Below, piece after piece: positions 49,000 to 62,239 of a stretch of DNA of 64,000 nt (within the stretch, counting starts at the first letter, position 1; each line of letters opens with the position of its first letter). The stretch comes from Squalus acanthias. Its lineage: Eukaryota. A program made the position numbers and the translations under genes. The notes under the pieces were generated by a model. That model had not been told where the DNA came from. It saw only the letters and a program-made list of their open reading frames with translations, and did no database searches. Location: assembly GCA_030390025.1 (NCBI GenBank), contig CM059434.1, positions 131,440,001 through 131,504,000 of the forward strand, written 5' to 3'.

Positions 49000-50400
49000 A
49001 AGCCCCCAATATGGCAACATTCAAATTAAAGAAGAATTTATGTAACTTACGATCCTGCACATCTTGCAGGAACTGTATTCAATTTTCCATTGCCCCAGTG
49101 CTTCACTTGCCATGTGCTGACCTCGTACAGCACAACGAGACGCTAATCGGCATGAAGGCCACCTCACCAGTGTTATTTAAAGGGATCATTTACTTACAGA
49201 TTAGTTGCTGGTTTATCATTTCTGGCTGCTGCTCGACTTCTGGACATTTTTTGCTGTGTCATAACAAGTTGGAAAGTTTACTTTGCCGAGAGGTCTTGCT
49301 GCTCTTGCACTGTTGTTGCTCTTTGCCTCACAAATATATTGGCTGCAGACATGGGTGGTCTGGTAGACGAGGGGGAGCAGCAAGGAAGACACAACAGAGC
49401 AGGAGAAGCTGCCAGAAGAGGGAAGAGGAGGAGCAGGGCACTGAACAGGAGGCCATATCAGAGGGTCTTCAGGGAGCACCTCTCCTATCTCAACTTCACT
49501 AAGGGGCAATGAGTGAGGATTCTTAACTTTACAAAGGAGGCTGTCACCGAGCTATGTCACCTACTGCAGCCACAACGGGAGCCTCAAACCAGAGCATGGA
49601 CAGCACTGCCTGTGGCTGTCAAGGTCATCGTCATCCCCAACTTTTATGCCACTTTTATGGCTCCTTTCAGGCTGCAAGAGGTGACATCAGCAACATCTCA
49701 CAGTTTGCAGTACACCGCTGTATCAGGGAGGTCACTGAGGCTCTTTACACCACGAAAAACACCTACATCTCCTTCCCTATTGACAAGAGAAGCAGGATGC
49801 AAGAGCACTAGGTTTGACACCCATGGTAGGCTTCTCCGGGGAGCAGGGTAGTATTGACTGCACAAACATTGCCTTGCATGCTCCCTATCACCAGTCTGGC
49901 ATCTTTCTTAATCAAAAGGGATTCCACTTCCTCAATGAATAGCTCGTTTGCGACCACAGACAGCGTATCATGCAGGTCTTTGCCCGCTACACCTGAAGCA
50001 GTCATGACACATTCATACTACACCAGTCCTCTGTGTTGTCTTTATTCCAACCAGGCCACCAAGTATGGGCGACAAGGGGATAGCCTCTCTGGATCATGAC
50101 TCCTATCAGGAATCTGCGCACAGCTCCATAGGATGCCAGCAATGAGAGCCATGCTGCCACAAGCAACATTTTCGAGCAAACAATCCACGTTCTCAATCAA
50201 CCCTTCGGCTACCTAGACCGTTCCATAGGAGCTTTGCAAGCATGCAGCCAATGCGTAGTGCGGCTGCACACCTGGATGATTAAAATCAGCAGGCAGCATG
50301 AATATTATGTGCTGCCTGCATTGCCCTCGACTGGCATGGGCAGCGTGCACCGCGCCCATTATTGGGCACAATCGGATTTTTAGGCCCGTGCCTGACCAAC
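49000..50400 (+). pseudogene. Degenerate PIF/Harbinger transposase (HARBI1-like DDE)
   Basis: ELCHLLQP..ALPVAVKV; GSFQAARGDISNISQFAVHRCIREVTEAL; GSIDCTNI. Contains frameshifts and stops. Confidence 0.75.
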
Positions 50401-51234
50401 ACGTAGAAGAAGCCAAGCCGTGAGGTGATAAAAGTTGCCTCGCTCCCTTCTTTCAAGCATCTCTTCAAAACCTACCTTTGCGACTATGTCTTCAACTCCT
50501 TATCCAACTCTTGTGCTACTGCCTGGTGTCTGTTCTTGCCTCTGTGAAGTGTCTTCGGATGTTTTATGATGTTAAATGTGCTATATAAATGCAAGTTACT
50601 TTTTTTGTTTGATTAGGATCTAGACAGCAGTAGGGATGAAGCAAGGGTGGAGGCAGACAATGGCTCAGAGATGGAAGAAAGTGGTCTTGGTAACAGGAAT
50701 GGAAAAACATGGATTCCACCACCTGCAGTCGGATGGCACGCTGCTCGACAGACTAAAGTCTGAATGGCTTCCTGGTTAGGGTTGCCAACTCTGGTTGGAG
50801 GCATTCATGGAGGTCTCGCCTGCCAACTTCTCGTCCTTTTCTCTTTCCCCAGTTCCCTTCCCTTCCCTTTCTCCTTTGCTCCCTGAGACCCCAATCCCCA
50901 GTCTCCATCTCTTCCTGCTCCCAATTTCAGTGCCACCCCCCCCCCCCCCCGATTTCAAACCCTCCCCTGAATGTCGACACCCACGATTGCCAACTCTCCA
51001 GCCCCTGCCGACTGCACTCCATGCACTTGCGGCTCTCTGCGGCGATGGTCGGGAGCCGTCACGGAGCCTGGGGGGAAGGGTGGGCACACTGCGGCGGCAA
51101 ATTTAATGTGATGATCAGCACATAAATAACCTCCATAAAAAGTCCAATGATCTCTCCAGCTGCTAGAGGCAGTGCCCTGGAGGACCTTGCCCCATTTCGG
51201 GAGAGTACTGGTCATTCCGGGAGGGTTGGGGATC

Positions 51235-52425
51235 ATAGAAACATAGAAGATAGGAGCAGGAGGAGGCCATTCGGCCCATCGAGCCTGCTCCGCCATTCGA
51301 TGAGATCATGGCTGATCATCCAAACTCAGTACCCTGTACCTGCCTTCTCCCCATATCCCTTGATACCTTTAGCTTTAAGAAATATATCCAACTCATTCTT
51401 GAATATATTTAATGACTTGGCCTCAACTACCTTCTGTGGTGGAGAATTCCACAGGTTCACCACTCTCTGGGTGAAGAAATTCTTCCTCATTTCTGTCCTA
51501 AATGGCTTACCCCTTATCCTTAGATTATGACCCCTGGTTCTGGACTCTCCGACCATCGGGAACATTCTTCCTGCATCTAGTTTGTCCAGACCTGTCAGAA
51601 TTTTATATGTTTTGATGAGATCCCCTCTCATTCTTCTATACTCCAGCGAGTATAAGCCCAATCGACCCAATCTCTCCTCATATGTCATTCCTGCCATCCC
51701 AGGTATCAGCCTTGTGAATCTTCGCTGAACTCCTTCCATGGCAAGAACATCCTTCCTCAGATAAGGCGACCAAAACTGCACACAGTACTCAAGGTGTGGT
51801 CTCACCAAGGCCCTGTACAACTGCAGCAGGACATCCCTGTTCCTATACTCAAACCCTTTCGCTATGAAGGCCAACATACCATTTGCCTTCTTCACCGCCT
51901 GCTGCACCTGCATGCTTACCTTCAGCGACTGGTGCACAAGGACACCCAGGTCTTGTTGCACTTCCCCTTCTCTCAATCTATTGCCATTCAGATAATAGTC
52001 TGCCTTTCTGATTTTGACACCAAAGTGGATAACCTCGCATTTATCCACGTTCTATTGCATCTGCCACGCTTCTGCCCACTCGCCCAACCTGTCCAAATCA
52101 TCCTGGAGTTTCTCGGTATCCTCCTCGCAGCACACACGCCCACCCAGCTTTGTGTCATCTGCAAACTTGGAGATATTACATCTAGTTCCCTTATCTAGAT
52201 CATTAATGTATATTGTGAATAGCTGGGGTCCAAGGACCAATCCCTGCGGTACCCCACTAGTCACTGCCTGCCAGTCGGAAAAAGACCCATTAATTCCTAC
52301 TCTGCTTTCTGTCCGCCAACCAGTTCTCTATCCAAGTCAATACCTTGCCCCCAATCCCATGTGCCTTCACTTTACACGCTAATCTCTTATGCGGGACCTT
52401 ATCGAAAGCCTTTTGAAAGTCCAAA
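51235..52425 (-). mobile_element. CR1 RT and 3' fragment
   Basis: [21 protein letters not shown]; LVRPHLEYCVQFWSPY. Confidence 0.88.
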
Positions 52426-52737
52426 TCCTATGCCCGGTGCAGTTCCCGGCTTTTGTGGAATGGGGAGTTATTTACCCCAGCATCCATAGCCGCAGAGAAA
52501 CCGCTCTATCGCTGGGATAGAGCCGTAGAAGCAAGGAGTCCCAGAGAGAGCACGGCTTTCTGCCGCTGTGGATGCTGGGTAAAGAGATCCCCTTTCCACA
52601 ATGACTTTCTTCACCCATTGCCGCCTCGCCTGTGTTTCCTGTGTTTTAAGTTGCAATCGGACTTGGTGCATCGAAGGCTGTCCGTCGTTGGTAATTTGAG
52701 AGTGTCTGTGGTTTCAAGGCGCAGTTTGTAGCTATAA

Positions 52738-53080
52738 CAACAACAACAACGTGTATTTATATAGCACCTTTAACGTCCCAAGGCATTTCACAGGAGTGTT
52801 ACAAATCAAAATTTGACATCGAGCCACATAAGGGGAAATTAGGGCAGATGACCGAAGAGGTGGGTTTTAAGGAGCGTCATAAAGGAGGAAAGAGAGGTAG
52901 AAAGCCGGAGAGGTTTAGGGAGGGAATTCCGCAGCTTAGGGCCCAGGCAGCTGAAGGCACGGCCGCCAATGGTTGAGCGATTAAAATAAGGGATGCTCAA
53001 GATGCCAGAATTAGAGGAGCGCAGATATCTCGGGGGGCGGGGGGTGTGGTGGGGCGGTGTTTGTGGGGCTGGAGGGGATA
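52738..53080 (-). mobile_element. L2 3' fragment
   Basis: Similar to 17705-18040, with a (caa)n tail. Confidence 0.75.
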
Positions 53081-54480
53081 TTGCCTGGCACTTGTTTAGC
53101 CCGAATGTTACTTGTCACTTATCAGCCCAAGTCGAATGATGTCCAGATCTTGCTGCATGTGGGCATGGACTGCTTCATTATCTAAGGAGTTGTGAATGGC
53201 GCTGAACACTGTGCAGTCATCAGCGAACATCCCCATTTCTGACCTTATGTTGGAGGGAAGGTCATTGATGAAGCTGCTGAAGATGGCTGGGCCTAGGACA
53301 CTGCCCTGACGAACTCCTGCAGCGATGTCCTGGGGCTGTGATGATTGGCCTCCAACCACCACAACCATCTTCCTTTGTGCTAGGTATGACTCCAGCCAGT
53401 GGAGAGTTTTCCCCCTGATTCCCATTGACTTCAGTTTTACTAGGGCTCCTTGATGCCACACTCGGGTCAAATGCTGCCTTGATGTCAAGAGCAGTCACTC
53501 TCACCTCACCTCTGGAATTCAGCTCTTTTGTCCATGTTTGGACCAAGGCTGTAATGAGGTCTGGAGCCGAGTGGTCCTGGCGGAACTCAAACTGGACATT
53601 GGTGAGCAGGTTTTTGGTGAGTAAGTGCCGCTTGATAGCACTGTCGATGACACCTTCCATCACTTTGCTGATGATTGAGAGTAGACTGATGGGGTGGTAA
53701 TTGGCTGGATTGGATTTGTCCTGCTTTTTGTGGACAGGACGTACCTGGGCAGTTTTCCACATTGTCGGATAGATGCCAGTGTTGTAGCTGTTCTGGAACA
53801 GCTTGGCTAGAGGCACGGCTAGTTCAGGAGCACAAGTCTTCAGCATGATAGCCGGGATGTTGTCAGGGCCCATAGCCTTTGCTGTATCCAGTGCGCTCAG
53901 CCGTTTCTTGATATCACGTGTAGTGAATCGAATTGGCTGAAGACTGGCTTCTGTGATGGTGGGGACCTCAGGAGGAGGCCGAGATGGATCTGTCGAGCCG
54001 GTGGGACAGGACATACCCAGGGATGGTGATGGAGGAGTCTGGGACATTGGCTGAAAGGTATGATTCTGTGAGTATGACTGTCAGGCTGTTGCTTGACTAG
54101 TCTGTGGGACTGCTCTCTCAATTTTGGCACAAGTCCCCAGATGTTGGTGAGGAGGACTTTGCAGGGTCGACTGGGCTGGGTGTGCCATTGTCGTGTCCGT
54201 AGCCGGTGCCGAGGTCGATGCCGGGTGGTCCGTCCGATTTTATTCTTATTGTTTTTCGTAGCGGTTTTTTACAACTGAGTAGCTTGCTAGGCCATTTCAG
54301 AGGGCAGTTAAGAGTCAACCACATTTCTGTGGGTCTGGAGTTACAATTAGGCCAGACCAGGTAAGGACGGCAGATTTCCTTCTCTAAAGGACATTAGTGA
54401 ACCAGATGGGTTTTTACGACAATCCGATAGTTTCATGGTCACCATTACTGATACTAGTAATTATTCCAGATTTATTTAAA
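53081..54480 (-). mobile_element. Second CR1/L2-superclade LINE family: RT fragment and upstream part
   Basis: GPDNIP..KKQDKSNPANY..ALDIKAAFD..QGSVLGP..MFADDCT, frameshifted. Confidence 0.8.
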
Positions 54481-55392
54481 TGCATCTGAAAATACCACCG
54501 ATAATCTGGTATAACTGGTACTAAAATGTGCACCTTAAGTTCTATTTACTGTTGGTAGAAAGTTTTCACTGAACGTAGACTGCTGGGTAGATTTTCTGGT
54601 CTTTGGTCAGGTCCGCTCATCCTTTGCAAAGTGAAACAGTGCAGCCACATCACCACCTGTGGAGAAAAAAACAGAACAATTTGACTGCAACGAGGCTCTT
54701 TAATGTTCAGTATCTAAGCCCTTCCTGTTTTGCATTTTACATGAAAAACTGAAACTACAACACACACAAGAACGCAGGGTGGGGGACGGGAGCGGCGCCA
54801 AATGGGCCTCCCGATTCAGCTTGCCAGTCGGTACCTGATGAATTCTGTCTGGCTGCCATGACGATCCAGACCACAGGTAGGTCCTCGGGGGCGGGGGGCG
54901 GGGAGCAGCGTGGGGAGCTGCAAAGCTGAGGTGGTGGGTGAGTCCAGGCCAGCAGCAACCCGTAGTATTTTAATGGAGCCAGGAAAAGCACTCATCTCCT
55001 TCGGACGCCACAAGAACATGACTTTGTAAAAATTTTGCAGCCACTTTTTGAGCAGCCTCCAGCAGTCCCTTTAAGGACCGCTGGTTCGGCCACTCAGGAA
55101 CTGGTACAACCAGGTGGAGCTTGTGCGGTGCAAACTCCGCCCATTTTCAGCTGAATATTGCATCAGAGTCCTACAACTAGGACCCAATTTACATAATAAA
55201 GCTGACTTACGCCCGATTCAGATGGGCGGCCAGCTCGCCCATTTACAGGTCCACCTGAATATAGCATCAGGCATCAATATAGCGGCTGGGGTACCCCACC
55301 CTCACCCCACCACCAGATTTTCAATTCACCTGTTTTTCAGGCACAAAACGGACGATCTCAGTTTAGATTTATCTACTTTACTCAGAGGGTGG

Positions 55393-56083
55393 TCAACGGC
55401 ATTACCATCGCCGAATCCCCACCATCAACATCCTGGGGGGTCACCATTGACCATAAACTTAACTGGACCAGCCACATAAATACTGTGGCAACAAGAGCAG
55501 GTCAGAGGCTGGGTATTCTGCGGCGAGTGTCTCACCTCCTGACTCCCCAAAGCCTTTCCACCATCTACAAGGCACAAGTCAGGAGTGTGATGGAATACTC
55601 TCCACTTGCCTGGATGAGTGCAGCTCCAACAACACTCAAGAAGCTTGACATCATCCAGGACAAAGCAGCCCACTTGATTGGCACCCCATTCACCACCTTA
55701 AACATTCACTCCCTCCACCACCAGCGTACTGTGGCTGCAGTGTGTACCCTCTACAAGATGCACTGCAGCAACTCGCCAAGGCTTCTTCAGCAGCACCTCC
55801 CAAACGTCTTACCTCTTCCACCTAGAAGGACAAGGACAGCAGGGGCATGGGAACACCACCACCTCCAAGTTACACACCATCCTGAGCTGGATGTATATCG
55901 CCGTTCCTTTATCGTCGCTGAGTCAAAATCCTAGAACACCCTCCCTAACAGTACATTCACCACACGGACTGCAGCGGTCCAAGGCGGGGGCTCACCACCA
56001 CCTTCTCAAGGGCAACTAGGGATGGGCAATAAATGCAGGCCTTGCCAGCGAGGCCCACATCCCATGAACGAATAAAAAAAAAA
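55393..56083 (+). mobile_element. 3' end of the second LINE family (other tails at 29880-30027 minus, 57020-57412 minus, 61330-61400 plus)
   Basis: LSTIYKAQVRSVMEYSPLAW; tail gggcaataaatgc..cccatgaacgaataaaaa. Confidence 0.8.
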
Positions 56084-56292
56084 ATATGGATTGGATTGCT
56101 CAGCTGAGGTATTGGCTGCTGTTTGTTGCAGCAAATTCAAGAGAGAGTTGCCTAGGTACTTGGGACAAAAATCAGACAGCGGGCATGAGAGGTTTGGTGG
56201 AATCTGATGTTTTCTGGACACTGGTACCACACAGTATTTTCCAGTCCTGCACATTCCTACAATTGTGGATAGTGGAAAGTTAACTGTGTACA

Positions 56293-56605
56293 TGGGTAAT
56301 GGTAGCCTGGTGGTTATGGCACTGGACCTGGCAATGCAGAGGTTGTGAGTTCAAATCCCAGAATGACAAATTAATAAATTTAATTTAGTAAAAGGTGGCA
56401 ATTTGTGGGCTGGCACCAGATAAAATCACCATGAAAGTTGTCGAATTGTCAATTAATCTGCTTCAGGGAAGGGCACCTACCTCATCTGGTCTAATGTGTG
56501 ACTGCAGACCCACACTACATCGTTGGCTCTTAATGTCCTCAGGGCAACTAGAGATAGGCAATAAATGTGGCCTTGACCACACCTCCAGAACAAATATATA
56601 AAAAG
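56293..56605 (+). mobile_element. tRNA-derived SINE sharing its 3' tail with the second LINE family
   Basis: A/B-box-like tagcctggtgg..gagttcaaatccc; ends gggcaactagagataggcaataaatg. Confidence 0.55.
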
Positions 56606-57539
56606 AATTGTGGATAATTGGGAGCAGGAACAAAGTACAATACAAATAATATATGTTAAGTTGAATCTTTCTTGGGTTGTGAGGTTGATTTATGACTGGT
56701 GTTACTGGCTGTGCAACAAGGCTGTTTGTAAAATGCAGTAGATAAGCCGGAAGGCAGATAACCAGAGTTGCATTGTACCATTTTAGATTTCTTCACAGTT
56801 CCTGTAACTCTTGCAATGATAAAAATAATCAAGGACTGTATCAAGTCAGAAGGGTGAGATATAAAAGGAACTGAACTCCTTGCACTTAAACATGTGTCGC
56901 ACACCTGTTGCTGCATGTGTAAAATCATAAAACTACTTTAACTGCCTTTCAAATACAATCAGATTATTAATCTACAAAATTGTGGTACAATTGATTCTAA
57001 ACATTCCTTTATACAGCAACTTTTTTTTTTCCATTTATGGGGTGTGGGCGTCGCTGGAAAGGCCAACATTTATTGCCCATCCCTAGTTGCCCTGGAGAAG
57101 GTGGTGAGCCGCCTTCTTGAACCGCTGCAGACCGTGTGGTGAAGGTACTCCCACAGTGCTGTTAGGGAGGGAGTTCCAGGATTTTGACCCAGTGACGATG
57201 AAGGATCGGCGATATACTTCTAAGTCAGGACGGTGTGTGACTTGGAGGGGAACTTGGAGGTGGTGGTGTTCCCCTGCACCTGCTGCCCTTGTCCTTCTAG
57301 GTGGTAGAGGTCGCGGGCTTGGGAGGTGCTGCCGAAGAAGCCTTGGCGAGTTGCTGCAGTGCATCTTATAGATGGTGCACACTGCAGCCACGGTGCGCCG
57401 GTGGTGGAGGGAGCTCTTTTGCTTGGCCCAGTTTTCAACTGTATTCTGCCCCCTCCCTGATTCCACTGTAAATTGTTAGAAATTGAAATATATTTTCACA
57501 GTGATATTGTTTGCCCTATATTCAGACTGTGGACATAAA

Positions 57540-58312
57540 GGGGTAAAAATTGAGTCGCGCCCCATTTGGGGCGCTAACCTCGTCGGGGCGCGACTTTTAG
57601 CGCCCCGAAAAAATTAGCGGCCCCGCGCCGGAACTTCAGTGGTTGCGCCCCAAGAGGGAAGCGGGGCGCCACTGGAAGCAGCCCGCATCCCTCTTGGGGC
57701 GCTGCGAGTGAATATCCTGGCGCTACGTGCCGCAGCGCCATGCGCTGCGGCACGTCGCGCCGCGGTATTGCAGGCCTTCCTCCCCTTCTTAAAGGGGAGG
57801 GACCCTGCGCAGCGCGAACCGGAGCCCAGCTGGGCTCCCAGGGATCGGGAGTGCCGGCAAAAGAGCCCGGCACTCAAGAGAAGTGCCGGGCTCTTGGTGC
57901 GCAGCCGGCACTTCACGGTGGGGGGGCTTCACGGGGGCCGGGGACAGCAACGGGGGCAGGTGCTGGCAGGCGGCCAGCAACAAAAATGGCCGCCTGCCAC
58001 CTCCCCTTTAAATATCGCCGCCCCGGCCGCACGTACGCCTCCCTGAACCCGTCGGACATAGCGTCTGGCGGTAAATCAGGGGGCGCGACTGAAGATTACG
58101 GCCGGGGCGCGAGCGGGGTGCTGCGCACGATGATGACGTCATCGCCGGCGGCGCAGCGCCACAGGGCGCTACCGGCTGCCGCCGCCGCTAACCTCCCACT
58201 AAATTTTTCGGGAGGCGTGGGCGGCGCTGCGCCCAGGCGTTAGCTGCTTTACGCCCCATTAGCGCCCTCTTAAGGCGCTAACGGGAGGCGCAAGCAGCTG
58301 AATTTTTCCCCC
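57540..58312. mobile_element. GC-rich MITE, probably PIF/Harbinger
   Basis: TIRs ggggtaaaaatt ... aatttttccccc; 3-bp AAA on both sides; CpG-rich. Confidence 0.65.
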
Positions 58313-59879
58313 AAAGAGTTTGGGCATTGATAAGATAACTAAGTACAGTAAGCAACAATCAGGAGTGATTTATCAGGAAATAAAAAGTAAAATAATGTAG
58401 CTACTGGAAATTAGAATCAAAAACAGAAACAGGAAATGCTGGAAATATTCAGCATCTGTGTGGAGAGAACAGACAAGATGTTTCAGGGATGGACTCTTCA
58501 TCAGAACTGGACAATATTACAGGAAAAAGGAACAGAACAAGGCGAAGGGGGAGAAACTCCACAACCCCACACAGAGGAAAAGAAATAGAATGAGGTGTAA
58601 AGTGTGTAAGTGGAGAACAGGAGATGGTTAAATTGTAGAAGTGCTATTTGGAGACAATAGGAGATACAATGAGAGAAATATAAGACAAGAGGCACAGAGA
58701 GTGTGTGGACAACTAAAGGGTTGGGGGACAGACAGCTGGAAAGGGAAGCCGAAAGCTGAAAAACTGGTAACGTGGAGCAGGCTCCAGTGGGCCAGGAGCC
58801 TGGTAGAAGGAAAAAGCTGGTGGACTCCAAGGCAGTGTTGTCCTATAGAAATCGTTAACAAGTGAGGCTACAGGTGACTGTTTTAGCCACATGTCCTAAT
58901 TTTAGTAAAAAATACAGGAAACTGCACATCACGTGTAACAAACATCGATCACCATTCATTGACCAAGGAAATAAAGCACTGATAATGATCAAAAAACACT
59001 CTGTTTTTCACCATACCTTTTTAGCAACATATGCACAAAAAAGTTAAAGTTCACTTGCATACCCTTGCGAATGAGGATTGAGATCACATGTCCAACAATG
59101 GTGTCTAGTCTCGCTTTTTATTTACTGATCAGAAATGCAATTTGCCACATCTGGATTCCCAATGGACCACATGTGGCTAGTGGTTAATGTATTGGGCAAC
59201 ACCGCACCAAGGGTGCAGACCACTCTGTCAGCACACACAACACACCCCGGCACAAACCCTTTCCTTCACCCCGACCTATCCCAGAAACGCCGGCACACCC
59301 ATCCCACATCACCAGCACTTCCTGCCAGGGAGAAAATGGGAGCTGTGGTAAAGGTCCAAAGTTGCTAAAATCGATATGAAGGCCAGAAAGCTGCAAAGCA
59401 CCCAGTAGAAAGAGGAGGTGCTGTTCCTCGAGCTTGCTTTGAGCTTCATTGGAACAGTGGAGAAGGCCAAAGGCAGAGGTTAGAGTGGAAGTGGGCTGGA
59501 GAACTGAATTGGCAAGCAGCAGGGAGCTTGGGATCACACTTACAGACAGAACATAGGTGTTCGGCAAAGTGTTCACCTAATCAGCGTTTGCTCTCCCTTA
59601 TGTAGAGGAGACTGCACCTTGAGCAGCGATTACTGCACACCGGGTTGGAGGAAGTGCAGGCAAATAATGCACTGTCTCACCCAGAAGGAGCCCTGGACAA
59701 TAAGTGTGGGAGGAGGTGAATGGGCAGGGGTTGGAGAACAGTGGGTGACGACCCACTCTGAGGAAGGGTCCATACCTCAAGCATCTTGTCTGTTTTCTCC
59801 ACAGATGCTGCCTGACCTGCCACTGATCAGAAGGTCTGATTGTCTGACTCAGGCTGGGGGCGAGGCCATTGAAGTCAGT

Positions 59880-61264
59880 TGTAGTAAACAGGAAGTTAAA
59901 AAAAAAATTACGAAAGAAGCCAAACTCCCCAAAAAAACACAAATTCTGGACAGCTGGAACCACAGAGACCAGCTCCGAGTGTGGCGAGAAGACAGTTGGA
60001 GTTTCCGACCTGCCCCAGATCAAAGTCCCAACTGAAAGTGGGGGTCCCAAGGGTCCAGAGTTACCGAACCCAAGCCCTGCCCCAGAAACTTCACATCACA
60101 AACAGTCACAATCCGCACATCACAAACAGTCACAATCCGCATCTGCCAATCTAAAGCCCACAGGTTTATTCTATCAACATAGAACTAGCCCATCAAACCC
60201 CTTTCAGAAACACGGAGTAAATCAGCGGCCAGTCCCACCCTTGTACCTTTCGACTTTGATCACTAAATGGTGAAGGTGGACGGTATAATACACCGAGCGT
60301 TAAACAAAACCACTCGCTTCTAACTATGAACAATTTGAAATGTCCCATTACCGTTTGTACCGCTCCAAGTTCGTGACAACCGACCCCGTACCAGGAAAGT
60401 AAGTTTGTCAAACACACGTCATCAACAAAAGGATTCCGGTAAGTAGACTGAACAGGATCCTGGGCAGCCTAGTTTCATGTTTCACTTTCGTCAACGTTAG
60501 CAATGTGCCAAGTAGGAGGTGTTTGTGGAACCAGACTCTTGCTGTCGAGTGTGGGGCTCCATTTGCTCAGGGCCAGACACAGAGGTGTGCAAGAGTGCCT
60601 TACCCTTCCATTGTGGCCACCTGGTCTCCCCTTGCAAGTTAAGGATCAACCATTGCCTATTTAGTTTAACTTAAGAACTGTGTTACCTAGTCAAAAGACA
60701 ACCACATCAACTCTTGACCGAGCATGGAGTAAAGGAAGGTGAGAGGTTCCTTTACTCGATTGGTTTTTCCGACCACCTGCCTCTCTTCCGCCGCTATGTC
60801 TGTGCCCGGGTGCCCCTGGTGAGGGAGCGTGCGGTTTGCCAGTACGCTCGAGGCCTTCCGCGACCGGTGGGCACCGGAGGGACTGGAGTGCATTCTGGAC
60901 ACTGTAAATAATATGATTTAAGTTATTAGGTTTCCACTTCTATTTTGAATGTTTTGTTAATTTGATCGGTGGCACCTGGGTCATCTAAATTGGCCAATCA
61001 GAAGAGGAGAGAGAAATTGGTCACGTACACAGTTTTGGGAACCCCATTATGGAACGATAATCACAACCATGGAAAAGATGCCCAAACTATAGCCTTGGTA
61101 ATCAGACCAAAAAGCCCAACAAGTCCATTCTATTTGCACTTGCATTTACTTGTTGGTTTGTCCTGTGTTAAGTTTTGTGGGGCAAAAAATTTGGAACGGC
61201 CTGTTCATAGCAGTGCTACCTCATAGGTGAATAAATCTTAAAATCGCAAACATCAAGAATTACA
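59880..61264 (+). mobile_element. Possible LTR-like element
   Basis: TGTA...TACA ends, an internal 20-bp tandem duplication and a late AATAAA, but no matching TSD. Confidence 0.35.
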
Positions 61265-61664
61265 TAGATTCTTGATTCACAATCTTCAGTATCCCCAGCT
61301 TGGGTCATCTGCAACTTAATGGGAACATTCTCAAGGGCAATTAGGAATGGGCAATAAATGCTGGCCTTGCCAGCGACGCACTCATCCCATGAACAAAAAG
61401 AAGCTAATTTTTAATTTTATATATGTGGCCCATAAGGATTCCCGGTACACACTTAGATTGTTAGTATCCTTTTGAGGCCCACAAGGCTCCACGGTATGCA
61501 ACTAAATGTGCACAAGGAGTGGTTGAGGTGAATAGCAAGAATGCATTTTAGGGGAAGCTACATAAACACGAGGGAGAAAGGAATAGAAGGTTATGCTGAT
61601 AGGGTGAGATGAATCGAGGTGGGAGGAGGCCCCTGTAGAGCATAGATCAGTTTGGCTGAATCAT

Positions 61665-62200
61665 ATCATAGATCATAGAAATTTATGGCACAGCAGGAGG
61701 CCATTTGACCCATCGTGTCTGTGCCGGCCGAAAAAGAGCTATCCAGCCTAATCCCACTTTCCAGCTCTTGGTCCGTAGCCCTGTAGGTTACGGCACTTCA
61801 AGTGCACATCCAAGTACTTTTTAAATGCATGAGGGTTTCTGCCTCTACCACCCTTTCAGGCAGTGAGTTCCAGATCTCCACCACTCTCTGGGTGAAAAAA
61901 GTTCTCCTCAGCTCCCCCCGAATCCTTCTACCAATTAGTTTAAATCTATGCCCCCTGGTTATTGTCCTCTCTGCTAAGGGAAATAGGTCCTTCCTATCCA
62001 CTCTATCTAGGTCCCTCATAATTTTATACACCTCAATTAAATCTCCCCTCGGCCTTCTCTGTCCCAAAGAAAACAACCCCAGCCTATCCAATCTTTTCTC
62101 ATAGCTAAAATTCTCCAGTCCTGGCAAATTTTTGTAAATCTCCTCCATACCCTCTCTAGTGTAATTACATCTTTCCTGTAATAGTGCAATCACATCTTTC
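61665..62200 (-). mobile_element. CR1 3' fragment
   Basis: RGDLIEVYKIMRDLDRVDRKDLFP..FFTQRVVEIWNSLP. Confidence 0.82.
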
Positions 62201-62239
62201 CTGAATGGCCTGTTTCTGCGCTGTACTTTATATGTAAAA

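Noticed and set aside
49000-50400. Domesticated HARBI1 gene
   Set aside because: Multiple frameshifts and stops; a decayed transposon copy.
57540-58312. CpG-island promoter or small GC-rich genes
   Set aside because: Bounded by TIRs and a 3-bp duplication, so better explained as a MITE. The ORFs have no motifs.
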